Source: Trichoplax adhaerens (taxonomy: Eukaryota; Animalia; Placozoa). Taken from it: a stretch of DNA of 64,000 bases. Position 1 is the stretch's first letter. Each line of letters starts with the position of its first letter. The translations under genes and the position numbers were made by a program. The stretch covers positions 259,872 to 323,871 of the forward strand of contig NW_002060945.1 in NCBI RefSeq assembly GCF_000150275.1, read 5' to 3'. The notes beneath the pieces are model-generated. The model had not been told where the DNA came from. It saw only the letters and a program-made list of their open reading frames with translations, and made no database searches. Of this stretch, positions 14,001-27,245 are shown one piece after another.

Positions 14001-17000
14001 TAGATGAAGCTGTAGAACATTATCGACAACAGATTGCGACATTACAACAAGCTGTAGGGGACAGTGATGGTGTGCTGTCACTTGAAGGTAATTCAACAAA
14101 ATTACAAGAATTACAACATAAATGTGATCAACTAGTAGGAATTGTTGAAGAACTAGAAGCTTTACGTGATGAAGATGAACAAAATCACCGTGAAGAACTT
14201 TCACACTTAAAACAGCAACATCAGGAACAGATTGAATCGTTAATTTCAAATCAAAATAATGCAATAACCTTATACCCCGATGACAGTAAAGACGTTATAA
14301 AGAAATATGAGCAAAAAATTGCTGACATTAAGAAAGAACACCAAGACACCATTGAATCGTTAACGGAAGAACTAGGTGCAAAAATGGAGCAACGTTTGTT
14401 AGCGTTGGAACATGAACATGAAACTGAACTTGAAAACAAAGCTCAAACAGTAGTAGAGGAAGTGACAAAAATTTTTGAAGCAGAATTTGCCGAAAAATTA
14501 GAAGCTTTGCGTATAGAATTAACAGAAGATAACGCAAAAGAAATTGAGCAGTTGAAGCTTCAACATGCTGAAGAGTTGCAACAAGTTAATGATCTTTACG
14601 AAGGTGAAGTAGATTCACTTAAAAAGGAGCACGAATTAGCGAAGCAAAAGTCTGATACTAGTGATGAAAGATTACAAACGCTTAAAGCTAATATTGAACA
14701 GCATTATGAAGAAGAGATGGAATCTGCTAAAGCGGCTATGTTGAAAGAGATAGAAGAAATGGTAGAAAGCATGGAAAGCGCCGCTCAAAAACAGTTAGAA
14801 AATCTTCAAGAAGAATATAACGTTAGAGAACAAGAATTATTATCGTCATTTGAAAATGAAAAAACGGCATTAGTTCGTCAAATACAAGAAGGAACAGAAA
14901 GTAATGTAGAATTGAAGATCTTAACAATTAAAGAAGATTATGAGAAACGAATATTGCAAGAGCGAGCAGAATTTGACGAACAATTACAGAAGTTAAAAGA
15001 ATCTCATGAATACGAATTGGAGTTATTAAGCAAGGAGCATCCTGATGATAGTAATAATGAAAGAATTACAGCAATGCGTGAAAGTATTCAACGTGAATTC
15101 GATGTCAAAACACTTTCATTAACGGAAGAATCGCAAGATATGGCTAAAAAACTTACAAAATTACAACATGATTATAAAGAGAAAAGTAAGGAATTAAAAC
15201 GGTCAAAGGCTGAGTTAGAAACACTAAAAAGCTCATACAAAGAACAATTAGAGGTAATGCCTGCATGCGTACATTAGGATAAAATTAATAGTATTAACGG
15301 GAATAGTACAATATTAGTAAGTAATTAGTATACAAAGCAATTATTAAACTAACGCTGACTGGGTTATTGTTAACAACAGGGCCCTAGTCAAAAAGATGAA
15401 GTTGAAATTAGCCGTTATAAGCAATTGATTGAACAACTTGAACAACAAGTAAAAGATCTAAGCCAGCAAAATGTTAGTAGTTAGCCGTATGTAGGCTGAT
15501 ATTTAATTTGTTTAAAATTATGACATAGTATTAACATAGAATTATATTTAGGATGAATTAACTGCAGTGTCTGATTTATTGGACAAGAGTGACAGCGAAG
15601 TTAGTTTAATATTATAATTTACAATTTATATTGAAATTAAAGATGATCTATGAAGACCTCTGTCAATATTATATCTAATTTTGTTTTTACCATTGCTTTT
15701 GTTGATAATTTTGTAGCTGATTAAAGACAACGGTCAACTCAAACAGCAGCTTTATCAACTTAATGAGAAATATCAATCAGCTTTATCTGATATAGAAAAA
15801 GAGAAAGATAAGCAAAAGAAACTCATAGGGACACTACGTAATGAACAAGAGAATTTATCAAAGATTAGGTACTACAAGATATAATTGATAATTCTCAGAT
15901 CCTGTGATAATGCGAATTAGTCTCATACTAAACGCAATCGTAAATTTGATAGTGTAAAATATTTATATGCATGTAATATTACTTTATAATATGTAGTAAA
16001 TCGCATTATGATGGTTGTATCATTTCTGGATTGTTATATTTAGGGACGGGACGCAACGTACTAGTCAAATATTGCGAAATATTTTAAAAAAGGTTTTATT
16101 GTCGGATATTGCCATTGAAGATTACCTTACAACATGTACTACTAAACTATCGCAATATGAAGATATTTCTCGTATAGGTATGAATATGTCTTAATTACTT
16201 TGGCGATAATTTATAATTCGTCAAGTACGAAAATTCATAATTTCTATAGTTTTACTGTCCCAACTTGCAATAACCACTTTTAATTTTACTTCAGTTAAAA
16301 TTAGGCTACCATCGGAAATTGGGAGCCCAAACTCTACTGAGGCTGTCGAACTTAATATGAGACTAGATAGTACATTTTCTAGCGAGGATATCGACAGTAA
16401 TTGTGCGGAATTATCAGAAAGTATGGATGTGATAAAACTCGTGTCTGTATTACTTTATGTATTATTGCGGAGTTTTTTGTTTGCCATGCCATTGCTTTCT
16501 TAGTGATAATGTTAATGACTCAAAAGTTCAATCACTTTATATTTTGAATAATGTTCATAACTGTGAGTGCTCTAAAAGTTTTTATAGTATTATCTACAAT
16601 AACTTATGTTGATATGTAATATCAGTTGCAATACTATACTATCAGCTATTATTATGGCTTTGATATTAATATTTTGCTTTAACTTACCCGGATTTAATAT
16701 CTCTGTAGTGATACTATCAAGACTCCAGATCTCCATCAGAAGATTTGTGGGAGTACTTAAAACTACATTTTCTCAGGTTCGTAACGCTGCGTGTACTAGT
16801 CTACTAGATTATATTTATTGTTTTTTGACACACCTTAGTAGCTCTTTAACACAATTAACGACGTTATTAAAATTTTTTAATGTGCACATGACTACTGCTA
16901 ATTGCAGTTTGCAGATGTTTATGATACTCCCAGAGTCCATAATCAAGATTCTCCTTCTAACCGAGTCGATCTACATAGACAGCTATTACAAGAACTAGAT

Positions 17001-20000
17001 AGTAAAGATGATCTTACAATTAGGCTTCGTCAAGCCGAGAAAAGCATGAAGCTGCTTACGCAAGAAAGAGATCGCTTATTACAGGAGAATTATGATATTA
17101 AAATGGCTCGTGATATATCTGATGTTACTGTTAGTAAAGGGGCATCGCAGAATGAGAAATTAATGTTAGAATTATTAATGAGAGAGAGATCAGTCGAGCT
17201 AAAAGAGAAAATAGCTGAAAATCACATCATGGAACAGAAATTAGCAGACGTCGATACTGATTGCCGAAAATTAAAAGAGCAAGTAAAGCAACTAGAATTG
17301 GATAGTAAAAATTTAGAATCATCTTACCAAGACAGCCTTGCTACTAATCGCAAATTGCAAGCTGATTTATATCAAAAGAATGCAGAAATCAGTATTATAG
17401 AGGAAAATTTACAGCATAAATCAAATCGTTGCCAAAAATTAGATACCGCAGTTTCAGAGAATATTAATGAAGTACGCCGCCTTGAAAGCATACTACGCGA
17501 TAAAGTTATCGAGTTATCCGTTAACGATAGAAAGCTTCAAGAGAAAATACTAACCGTCCAGCGATTGGAAAAGTTAAATAAAGATAAGATCGCTGAATGT
17601 CGAAATTGGGAATTAAATGCCAAAGATAAAACTATGGAATGCAACATACTTCAGCAGCGATTAGACAATAGAGTAGTAGAAATAGAGCATCTTGAAAAAG
17701 TAAATCGAGAAAGATCGACACAATTAGAAGCGTTACAATTGGAAACTAGAAATTCACAATCTGAGAACGATATCTTACGTACGAAATTGCAGAATGCATT
17801 TGATGATAATAATAAATTAGAGGCTGAAATTCAAAAAAGGATAATTAGCGAAGAAATTGAAGCAAATCTGAAGGAAATGATGTTAGAAAAGCGTAAATTA
17901 GAAGGTCAAGTTAACGAACTAGAGGTTGTTATTAGTACTATGCGTGAGCAAATTACTAAGGCAAATGAAGAGAATGCTATTGTAAGCAAACAATTGAAAG
18001 ATTTTACTGTCGAAAATGATAGCTTACGGACAGAGCTTAGCGGTAAAGAGGATGAGTATCAAACCTTATTGACCGCGTATAAGGACAAGATATCTGATGA
18101 TGAAAAGTTAAAGGAGAAATATTTAGCACTTGCTAATGAAAAAGCAAATTTATTGTCGGAATTAAGCCATGAACGTGATAGTACTGATAATTTAAAATCA
18201 AACCTTAAAGAACAGAAAGATAACTTTAATAAAATTTCACGAAAGTTGGATCAAGTGGAGACAGAACTAACCGAAAAGGAAGATCAGAGAAGGAAACTTA
18301 GTCAGGAATGTCATAGCCTTCAACTACAAATTGAATTATTGAGAACACTGGTCCATGATAAACCTGATTCACCTCTTAAAAGTGAATTAACAATTGCGCA
18401 AAGGAAAAATGATACCCTTGTGGCACAAATTAAAACCTTACATAGCGATTGTAGTAAATTTAAAGATGATGTAATCTCTCTACAAAGCCATGTTAACGAC
18501 TTAACTATAGCACTAAATGAAGCAAAGAACCACGAAAAAACTATGGAAGATACTCTTAAGTCTTTGCAATCAGAAGTGATAGAGGTAAAATCTGTTTTGC
18601 AACAGAAAATTTCGACACTAAAGGATTTAAATAATCAAAAAGCTGAAATCGAACAAGAGCTAATATCACTATCTGATACACATAAGCAAGTACTAATAAG
18701 TAAGGATGATATTCAAAATCAATTATTTGAAGAACTTCAGCTGAGATTGGCTTATGAACGTGATATTAAGGAAGGAAAGCTTATTAGACTTAGTAATCGC
18801 ACTGAAGAACTAACTCGTGAACTTCAGGTGAAACTTGAATCAGAAAGAGCATTACAACGTGAAAGGCAACAATTATCTGACGAACTAAAACAATTATTAT
18901 CAGTCATTGAAGAACGAAAATCTGAAATAGTTGAATTAAAAGAAGAGAAACAGCAAGCAATTCAGGAATTAAACATCAAACGTGATAATATAAATGATCT
19001 TGAAATGCAAGTATTGTCTATGCATAAGCAAATTGATAATTTACGGCAAAATAATGACGAACAGGAGCATCTATTAAATAAAATGACACTAAATCTACAA
19101 GCAACGCAACAAGAATTATTTAAGGAATTGCAGGATAAAGTCAATATTGATATTCGACATCGTGAACAAACTACAATCCTTATGGAAGAAATTGAAGCTA
19201 AAAGTCAGTCCGAAAAAGTGTCTAGACAAGATTTAGAAAAAATGGTTAGTAGACTATTTAATGAATTGCAAAGACGTGTTGAATTAGAACGTTCGTTTGT
19301 AAGCGTCCGTGAGCAATTGCAACAAAATTTAGAATCAGCTGCGGATGTTCATCAACGATTAGAACATCGGGTGAAAGAGTTGACTACGATAGTAGGCCAT
19401 AAAGAACAGTACATCAATGAACTATGTTCTGAAAGGCGGAATATAGAAGAAGATAAAGCGAATCTTTTAACCCAATTGAATGAAGCCGAAAAAGTTAGTG
19501 CAACGAACAATACCCAATTGGAGGAATTACGAGCGGCAATGCTAAATCTGGATGTAGAAAAGGCCGAGATTGAAGTTTCTAAGCAACAAGTTGTTAGTGA
19601 AAAGCTTCATTTACAAGAAATACATGATGAAACCGTAAAATTAAATGAATTTCTTCAGAGCAGTAATAATGATCTTCAAGCACAGAGAGAAGATTTGATT
19701 TCTGTTAATCGCCGATATGAAGAAGAAACTAAAACTTTACGTGAATTACTTGCAAAAAATGCAGATGAAACTCGTACAATTGTATCAGTACACGAAAATC
19801 TTGAGAATCTCTTGGAAGAAAATACCAGATTGTTAGCTGATCTAATTGTACAGTTTGACGATTTTCAGCAGGAGTCAGCTATTGACAACGTCGAAGATAA
19901 GCATGGGAATATAAAACAGCAAGAATCAATCGATAAATTCGCTAAGTTTTGTGAAATCAATCTAAGACGCTTTCAATCTCAAATTGAAAAATTGCGTAGC

Positions 20001-23000
20001 ATTATGCAGCTAAAAGAAGACATACTATCTCGTCAATGTGATGAAATTCGCAATCTTCAGCAAAATATAATGTTAAGGCAAAATGAAATTTCAGATAGAA
20101 ATGCACAGTTAGCTAAACAAGACGTGAAATTAATATCTTTACATCAAGAAATTTCCGACCAAGATGACCTAAAAGTGCAGCTTATGGAGATAAAATTTGA
20201 TGTAGAAATGAAGGAGGACAAAATATCACAACTGGAAGAAGAACTAAATACGCAGCAAGGTGCAGCAGCTGATGCTAACTCTGCTGTTGAAGATCTAAAT
20301 GTGTCTATAAATGATTTGCGCCGATCATTTGATGATAAGGACGATCAGGTTAGACAGTACAAGAGTGAATTAGAAGCACAAAAAGCTACAATTGGATTAC
20401 TTGAAGTTGAAGCAAACAATATAAATCTGAAACTGGCGGAACTGTACGATTTTGCGACAAGCATAAATGGGAAAGAGGACGTAACCATCCAATCTAGTAG
20501 TGTTGATAAGAGTAAAGAGAACAGAATCTTTAATATAGATTTGAATGCAATAAGTGCTAAATTGGAAGGATTGCAGTCGATCTTCATTAATCGTAATGTG
20601 CAGTTTGAGGATTTAAGAAAATTGAATGAAGAATATTCTGTAGAACTTGGCATCTTACGGAAACGTGATTTAGCCAACTGTGAGAAATTATCACAATTAA
20701 CTGCTGACCTTGAGCAAGCTAAATCCACGCTATCTGAACAGCAACAAGTTATGACGATGTTAAATTCAGAATTAGGTGCAGTACGTGAAGACAACTCATT
20801 AAAACAAGAGATTATCAATAACTTAGAGCATGTAAATACTGACACTAAAGGTAAGCTAGAAGAGATGAAACAAAGGACTAATGATGTATCTGATCAATTA
20901 CGAAAACAAAAATCGGATAATGAAATTCAAAAAAATGAATTTACAACGCGTGAAAATCATTTAGCTGAATTATTAAATCTGGAAAGAAATAAAGCCGAAG
21001 AAAATGCGACTTTAGTTAGTAGATTACAAGACGATACGACTCACCTTGAAAATGAAATAAAGGAGGCAAAAAGAGTTGACAGCAACTTGAAATCTCAGAT
21101 CGATGAATTGGAAGTTCGTCTTTATCATGAACAAGAAAATTGTGAACGGTTAACTGTACAATTAGATAGCAAAAATGACGCCTATAAGAGAAAAGAAGCG
21201 GAGCTGCAGCGCATAACAATTCAGTTGTTACAATCTGATCAAGAACATGAAAAGCAACGTGGATTATATGAGGACGAAGTTAAAAATCTTAAAAATATGC
21301 ATAATAATACCATGCATATGCTATACAAAAATTTAAGGGAAGCATTCGCCGAATTCTTTGAAGAGTATGATATTACTGTTGAAGATATTGATACTAATGA
21401 AATAGAAGAAAGAATTAACCAGGTAATGAATTTATAATAGAATTTCATTCTGTATGAATGTATCGATTCTCAATTACAAGCGATTATGTATTCGATGCAA
21501 AATTATAATATAATTTAATTTTTTATTCTCCTCGCGTAATTAAAGTATAAATGTTATTGCTCTACTAGCTAATCACTGATGTTAAGGGAGGAATTAAAGA
21601 AAGGCAAGACATTAAACTTTCGCAGCTGAAGGAAGCAACCGTTGAAGAAGTGACCGAAAAGAATAAGAATGAATTGCAGTTGATACATGAACGCCAAATT
21701 GCGGCAATGAAAGCTCAATTTAAGCGTGATCTTGCTAAACTAAGATCAGAGCTTACCCAACGCCATGCTTTGCAGTTAAGTAAATTAATTCAGAAGCATC
21801 AAGATGAAATCGATAGTGTGCGTAAGGAACACAAAGGTAAGATTGCGTTTACAATTATCTAAATAGTATATATATAATACGGAACATTGACGGCTAAAGA
21901 TCAGTCAATAAACAGCAACTGACTTCGCAAACACAATTAGGTGGTTCAAATCTATCCGCAGAAAATCTTGGTCAAATTTTGCAGGAGGTTGATAGCTTGG
22001 ATCAAGCCCTGGATGCATCTCCTGATCAAAATTCTACAACTTATCATAGTCATGTTATGGTATCTCGAAAACTTTTTTAGAACTAGAATATAAACTTTAC
22101 TATTTAGTTTAAAGTATAAATTTCTGCTAATTTTTAAAGAAATTATTATGTCGTATTGTTGAAACACAGAATGGATCCATTTAAACTGTATACTTTTACT
22201 GTACTCGTGCTAGGAACAAGTGCAAGAAATACAAGAAGAATGCATGACCTTGCGTTCAGTGGTTGAGCAATTGCCTGTTGTGTAAGGACATTTTCGCAGT
22301 CTTGTAATCTGTACGTTATAATTGATTGTTTAAACTATATTAATGTAGAATGACTCTAGAAGAAAAAATACAGATGATGCAAGTCGCTTTTGATAATGAG
22401 AAACAATCGTTATTGGATACCGTTAAATCAATGAAGGATTTATTTTCTGCTTGTCAACAAGAATTTACTGTAAGTGTACGAACGATATAAATGAATTATT
22501 TCGCCTAAATTAATTCATTTATTCTGATTTAATTAAAATTATATTTAATTGATCGTTAGAAATCCGAGAGGACTGATTGGCAATATAAAATATTAAATAC
22601 AGTCCAGGATATCTTTGAGAAAGAACAGCAAGCATTACATACTGAGCTACTTACTCAAAATTTATTACAAGATGGAATTCCAAATATAGAATCGTTGAAA
22701 ATTTATATTCAGCAGAAAGTAAATATATTTTACGTGAAAGTTTGATTACATCATACATATGCAACTTTTGTATTATTTTGAGCTAATCTAGATGATATAG
22801 CATGCAAGATATGGACATGTTGTTGTACACTACTTTGTTAAAATACAGGATTTTCTATCTTTACAGGAACAGTATCATATCATGGCAATGAAACAATTGC
22901 ATGCTACTGACAGAGGTGCTTTAGTTAGTGAAATCGGTCGTTTACGTGATATTTTAAAGAAATCTGAAAAAGAAAATGAAAAAAGAGTAAGTTTTCAACG

Positions 23001-26000
23001 CTTACCGAAATAGTAATGTGAAGCTTACTAGTTCCTCTATTTACTTTCGGTAGCTTTCGTCTCCGTTGAATTTTAACGCATTAAAGCTGATTAAGCTGAT
23101 TAAATATACATGTTTATTTATTGCTACAAATTTTTCTTGTTGATAATATCAAGTTATTCGAAATGAATACGCGTATGGAAATATCGAACGATCAATGGAG
23201 CAAATCAGAAGCAGAACTTAGAGAGCAGCGTAAGATCGAGTTTAGACATGCATATTGATTACTATAATTGTGCAGTGTCTGATGTCTTCCATTGATATAC
23301 AAAAATGGCTTGTAAATCGAGTTATTAATAGTACATTAATTTTTCAGTATCGACAGCAAAGACACAAATTTCTCTACTGCAGTCGACAATTCAAAGCTTA
23401 GAGTCGGCTGTGAAATCTACTGAAGATAAAAGGAATGAACTTCAAAGAGTATTGGATGAACAAAAGCATCTTGTAACCAATCTTAACGATGCTCTATCAC
23501 AGGAAAGACAACGTAATGCTCAATTAAATATGCTTTTAGCGAAAGAGTCATCGAGATCCGAATCGCTTAAGTATGTAAAAATGTAATTAAGTAGTTAAAA
23601 TAAAAATGTTGTATATGTAATATATATATAATTATCATTAGTCATGATATGATAGCATCCAACGGCGGTGATGTATTAAATACGATTTCGCGTAAAATAT
23701 GAAACGTGGAAAATTTTTTATTTGTATTGCGTCCCATCAGAAAAACATTTTTCAATACGTTTTATTCTACATTGTATTCTTATAGAGAGTCTTTAGAAAT
23801 TGAAAAGGTTAGATGCGCCAACTTGCTGGAAGCTTTGGATCTTGAACGAGTCAGTAATAATCAGCTGCAGAGCACATTGGATTTAGAATCTCAGCGTAGG
23901 TTAGATACCAGTGAACGTAGTCAAGAAACAGTAAAAGAAATAACCATAGCTTTAGATGCAGAGCGAAGTCAACGGAACGAATTAGAAAAGGAATTAGATA
24001 GTGAGAGGCAAAAAATTGCTTCTTTGCATATGCATTTAGAAGTGGATCGATCACGTAACCAAGAAGCGTACTTGCTGGAACGTAACTTAGTTACAGAACT
24101 GAAGACAAAATTACAGACTGAAAAGGTATGCCTTCTTAACCATATATATTGTTATAATACTGTACTGCTTTTCCATGACCACGTATATTTATTTATTAGA
24201 CACGCATAAAAGAGCTTGCCTTATCACTGGATAGGGAAAAAGATCTAACTACGCAGTTGAAAGATACATTACAAACCGAACGGAACGTGGGCCGGCAAAG
24301 AAAGCATAATTATGATACAATAATGCAATTAGAATCTGTACTTGATGCTGAGAAGACCCGCATCGGAACCTTAAAGTATGAACTAAATATCAAAGACGAA
24401 CTTATTACTGATTTAAAGAAAGAGTTACAAGAAAATAAGGAACAACAGAAGGTTAAAGCTACAGCCTTAGCAAAACATCGAGCCGAAGCAGAAAATAACC
24501 AAAAACATCTGATTAAAAAACAACAGGAAATAGAAAAATTAATCTTAGAGAAAGATAGGTAATTAAATTTTACAAGACATTTCTATAATTTAGTCTAGGC
24601 CCAATTTTGGTTTTACTCTTTTTACCTAGCGTAAAAACGAAACCGATAATGATCGGATAACTTATCAATATTTATCTTGCTTTTTGCTCAACTGTGTGGC
24701 GTATTCTAGTGTGGCAGCAAAGTGCGATCGACTCGAGTCAACGATTCGCAGCATAAATTCGAACCAAAGTGATAAAGATATGCAGATGAAGAACATGGAG
24801 AGTCATCTAGATAGATTACGCACACAAGCTAAGCAAATAGAGGAGTTAGAACAACAATATGTCAGTAAGATGAGATTGAAGGATAGCGTAATTGACGAAA
24901 CAAAAGCAAAAGTGAGGCAGCTTCATAAACGTCTTGAAGTTGCGGATGATCATGCCAAATTACAGGAAAAGCGTGTTGAAGAACTACAATTGATGCAAAG
25001 TCGCAAAATGAATGATGAGGTACTGACAATCATGATTGACTTGATATCTTCCTTATTATCAGTGAAGATCTCCCGACATGTTAACAACCTTACGTTTACA
25101 ACTTATGCATTTCAGGGTACTGTGCGTCAGTTACAACATCGTTTTGATTTCTTGCACCAACAATGTCAAATTTTATTAATTAAATTTAACGATGTGGTGA
25201 TGAGGTAAGACTGTTAATTATTAAGTTAATCTACATCGTATTAACTATTTTTATTTAAATTTGAAGTGAATCTCATTTTTCTGCGTATGATGAATATTAT
25301 TGTTATCGTAATGCTGTTTATTGATCTCTCAAAAGACGTAAAACTGCTTCCAGGCCTGTAGCAACCGATAGCGAAGATTTTTATTTGCTTGAAGATACGT
25401 TACTAAAGATTTCTAATGAGTTAAAGGATATAAGTCTAGACATGAATACATGGAAAGAGGTACTTAGTATTTGATTATAAAATACAAAGTAAAATACTCT
25501 CATTAAAGTAAATATCTGCCTTGAGTAGCTGTTTGCTTAAGCTAAGCTATTGAGTAGAATATGATGGTTTTATAGTAAGAACGTTAATATTATACTTTTT
25601 AAAGGTGTACTGTAGTGAGTTATTATTTCCTCAATGAATTCTTTGATTAAATACCGGCTCCTAGGCAAATGGGGTCGATTATGGTTCATCAGCGTCCGCT
25701 GCAATGCATGAGAAATTAATAAAACAAAACAGGGAATTAACCAGTTTTGTACATCAATTGCAAGAGGACAAAGATAGCTCACACAAAAATACAGAATTAC
25801 TCAATAAATTAAATAGGGAATTGCAAGATCGAATTGATGCTAAGGTTAGAACCTGTAACTAATAAATTTACTTCTCATATTTAGGGCATTTATATTATGC
25901 GATACATTATAGAGTTAATGTAATGCATATGCAGTTATTGACTTTTCATTCACTTATAGCAATTTGCTACCATTAATCAATATTATTATTACTGAATACG

Positions 26001-27245
26001 CTATGTTCTTTATACCAAGATGTGCCTTGTAAATTATTGATGATATTGTAAAAAAATTTTGTCAATTAATTATTACAATGAATTATGATCCTTTATAGAG
26101 TTTACAGGAAAAGTTGTTACTTCGAGAAAAATCCTCTTGGCTAGACGAAAAAGACAGGCTATATGAACTACTTGAGAAATCGAAGAGTGAACTTAGTCTG
26201 CTTAAAAACGAAAATCTACAATATCTTATCACTCGTGATGTAGAGTTGTCCTCTGACGATGTTAAGGTAAGTAATTTTGTCCTCGGATTAAACCACGATG
26301 TCAAGGAAAAATGTAAAATTAAACCGTAGTTAATGGATTATAATTGCGCTGTTTCTTAATTTTAATCTTATATTGGTATAGCGTTGGTATGTCCGCTACT
26401 TAAGAGCTGAAGGTTATCGTAAAGCCTTAGTATATCAAAAGAAATACCTCTTGTTACTGTTAGGTGGCTTTCAAGAATGTGAATCTGTTACCTTATCAAT
26501 TATATCAAAACTAGGAGCATATCCACAATCTAGTGAAAGACAGCAACAAAACATCTACTCTAATAACAGCAATAGACGGTTAAGGAAATTTCGTATCGCT
26601 GGTCGCTCTGTTATTGTTATTCTTCGCTTAAAGTTTTTGGTCAGTAAATGGAGAAAAGTCCAAAATAGCAACGTTACCGCATTATTACGTAAGAATCAAC
26701 GCTTTAGAAAAGATCGAGAAGCTCTAACCAATAATGTTGCTCCATACCAAACTTATGATCAGGGTATCCGCAGCTCGAAAGGTTCCAAGGATGAAATTTC
26801 TTCATCCGACTATCATCGCCAGGTTTCGAATAATCGTGATAGATATGATGTAGATTACTGGTTAAAAAGCTCACCATCTCATCAATCCGAAAAGGTAGGC
26901 AATTTACGTGCAAATGATCAACACAAAAGATCGAATTTAACTCCGTCGCCACACGATTTAATGACCACTAAATCTGGTATAAGCCTACATGCTGATCAAA
27001 GCAGATCTATTCCTGGTAATAGTACAATTTCATGGAAATCGAATGGACTAGATAGAACTAGTCCTCAACAAGGTAACAAAATAGCTGCTATGTCGACACC
27101 TGGTGAACGAGATAGATCGAGATCTCCCTCTCGCCACTCACCAAATGTATCTGAAAGTAGCGATCCTGCTTTGACACGCTATATTCACAAATTAGAGGCT
27201 CTGCACGATAGATTAGCTGTGTTAGATACAAAAAACAACAAGTAA
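5083..27245 (+). CDS. Pericentrin/AKAP9 (AKAP450)-family giant coiled-coil centrosomal scaffold with C-terminal PACT domain; multi-exon, est. ~5,400-5,500 aa
   Basis: Phase-compatible GT-AG exons read by hand: 5083-5173 (MEEDLAQHYHAALQEVEVLKQDYRNRIVSL, phase 1) joins 7734-15253, then 15380-15472, 15552-15599, 15717-15868, 16044-16177, 16295-~16420, one or two uncertain small exons, ~16908-21422, 21569-21836, 21941-22059, about 13 further exons, and last exon 26382-27245. The protein is E/Q/L/K-rich heptad coiled coil throughout and ends in an unmistakable PACT motif. Likely co-ortholog of vertebrate PCNT and AKAP9. The true start codon and the 16420-16908 junctions are uncertain. Confidence 0.9.
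5576..6160. repeat. Imperfect tandem repeat, 4 copies of ~140-180 bp, in intron 1 of the PCNT/AKAP9-like gene
   Basis: Unit AGCTTAACTCTATTCT...CATAGCTGAATAG...TTTCTAGCACGTTACTAGTAGCTTAG recurs at ~5576, ~5757, ~5896 and ~6069. Confidence 0.9.
6645..7370. repeat. Tandem repeat: 3 near-identical ~88-bp units followed by ~4 degenerate ~120-bp units
   Basis: TGAAATGTCCAGTAATGTCTTAGTAGGAAAGCA...GTAGAAGGCAGTGAAAGGATAATTT at ~6649, ~6736 and ~6824. The cores TAGTAGGAAAG and CAGTGAA persist at ~6983, ~7104, ~7217 and ~7351. Confidence 0.88.
7734..15253 (+). CDS. Giant coding exon (7,520 nt) of the PCNT/AKAP9-like gene; acidic Gln/Glu-rich coiled coil with internal repeats
   Basis: Core of ORF 7622-15277. 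Acceptor ...aattatag|ATGGC at 7733/7734 and donor GAG|gtaatg at 15253/15254. The ORF track's N-terminal MCNAVK... and C-terminal VMPACVH are intronic. Confidence 0.9.
16908..21422 (+). CDS. Second giant coding exon (~4.5 kb) of the PCNT/AKAP9-like gene; coiled coil
   Basis: Core of ORF 16902-21437. Acceptor ttgcag at 16907 (alternative at 16914) and donor CAG|gtaatg at 21422/21423. Confidence 0.85.
26382..26660 (+). other. PACT (pericentrin-AKAP450 centrosomal targeting) domain coding region
   Basis: From the acceptor at 26381 it translates as RWYVRYLRAEGYRKALVYQKKYLLLLLGGFQECESVTLSIISKLG...RLRKFRIAGRSVIVILRLKFLVSKWRK. This matches the PACT hallmark YLRAESFRKALxYQKKYLLLLLGGFQECE and the downstream basic calmodulin-binding helix. 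Confidence 0.95.

Noticed and set aside
7622-21437. Treating the 2551-aa and 1511-aa ORFs as stand-alone genes (myosin, golgin, SMC or viral-type)
   Set aside because: No motor, ATPase or GRIP motifs. Both ORFs have splice sites near their ends and link through small exons to the PACT exon.
8703-21448. Minus-strand ORFs (8703-8975, 12937-13623, 13953-14537, 18962-19144, 20345-20845, 21016-21448) and the shifted ORF 12921-13121
   Set aside because: Shadow frames of the giant coiled-coil exons, with S/C/F/L-rich composition typical of antisense to E/Q/K codons.
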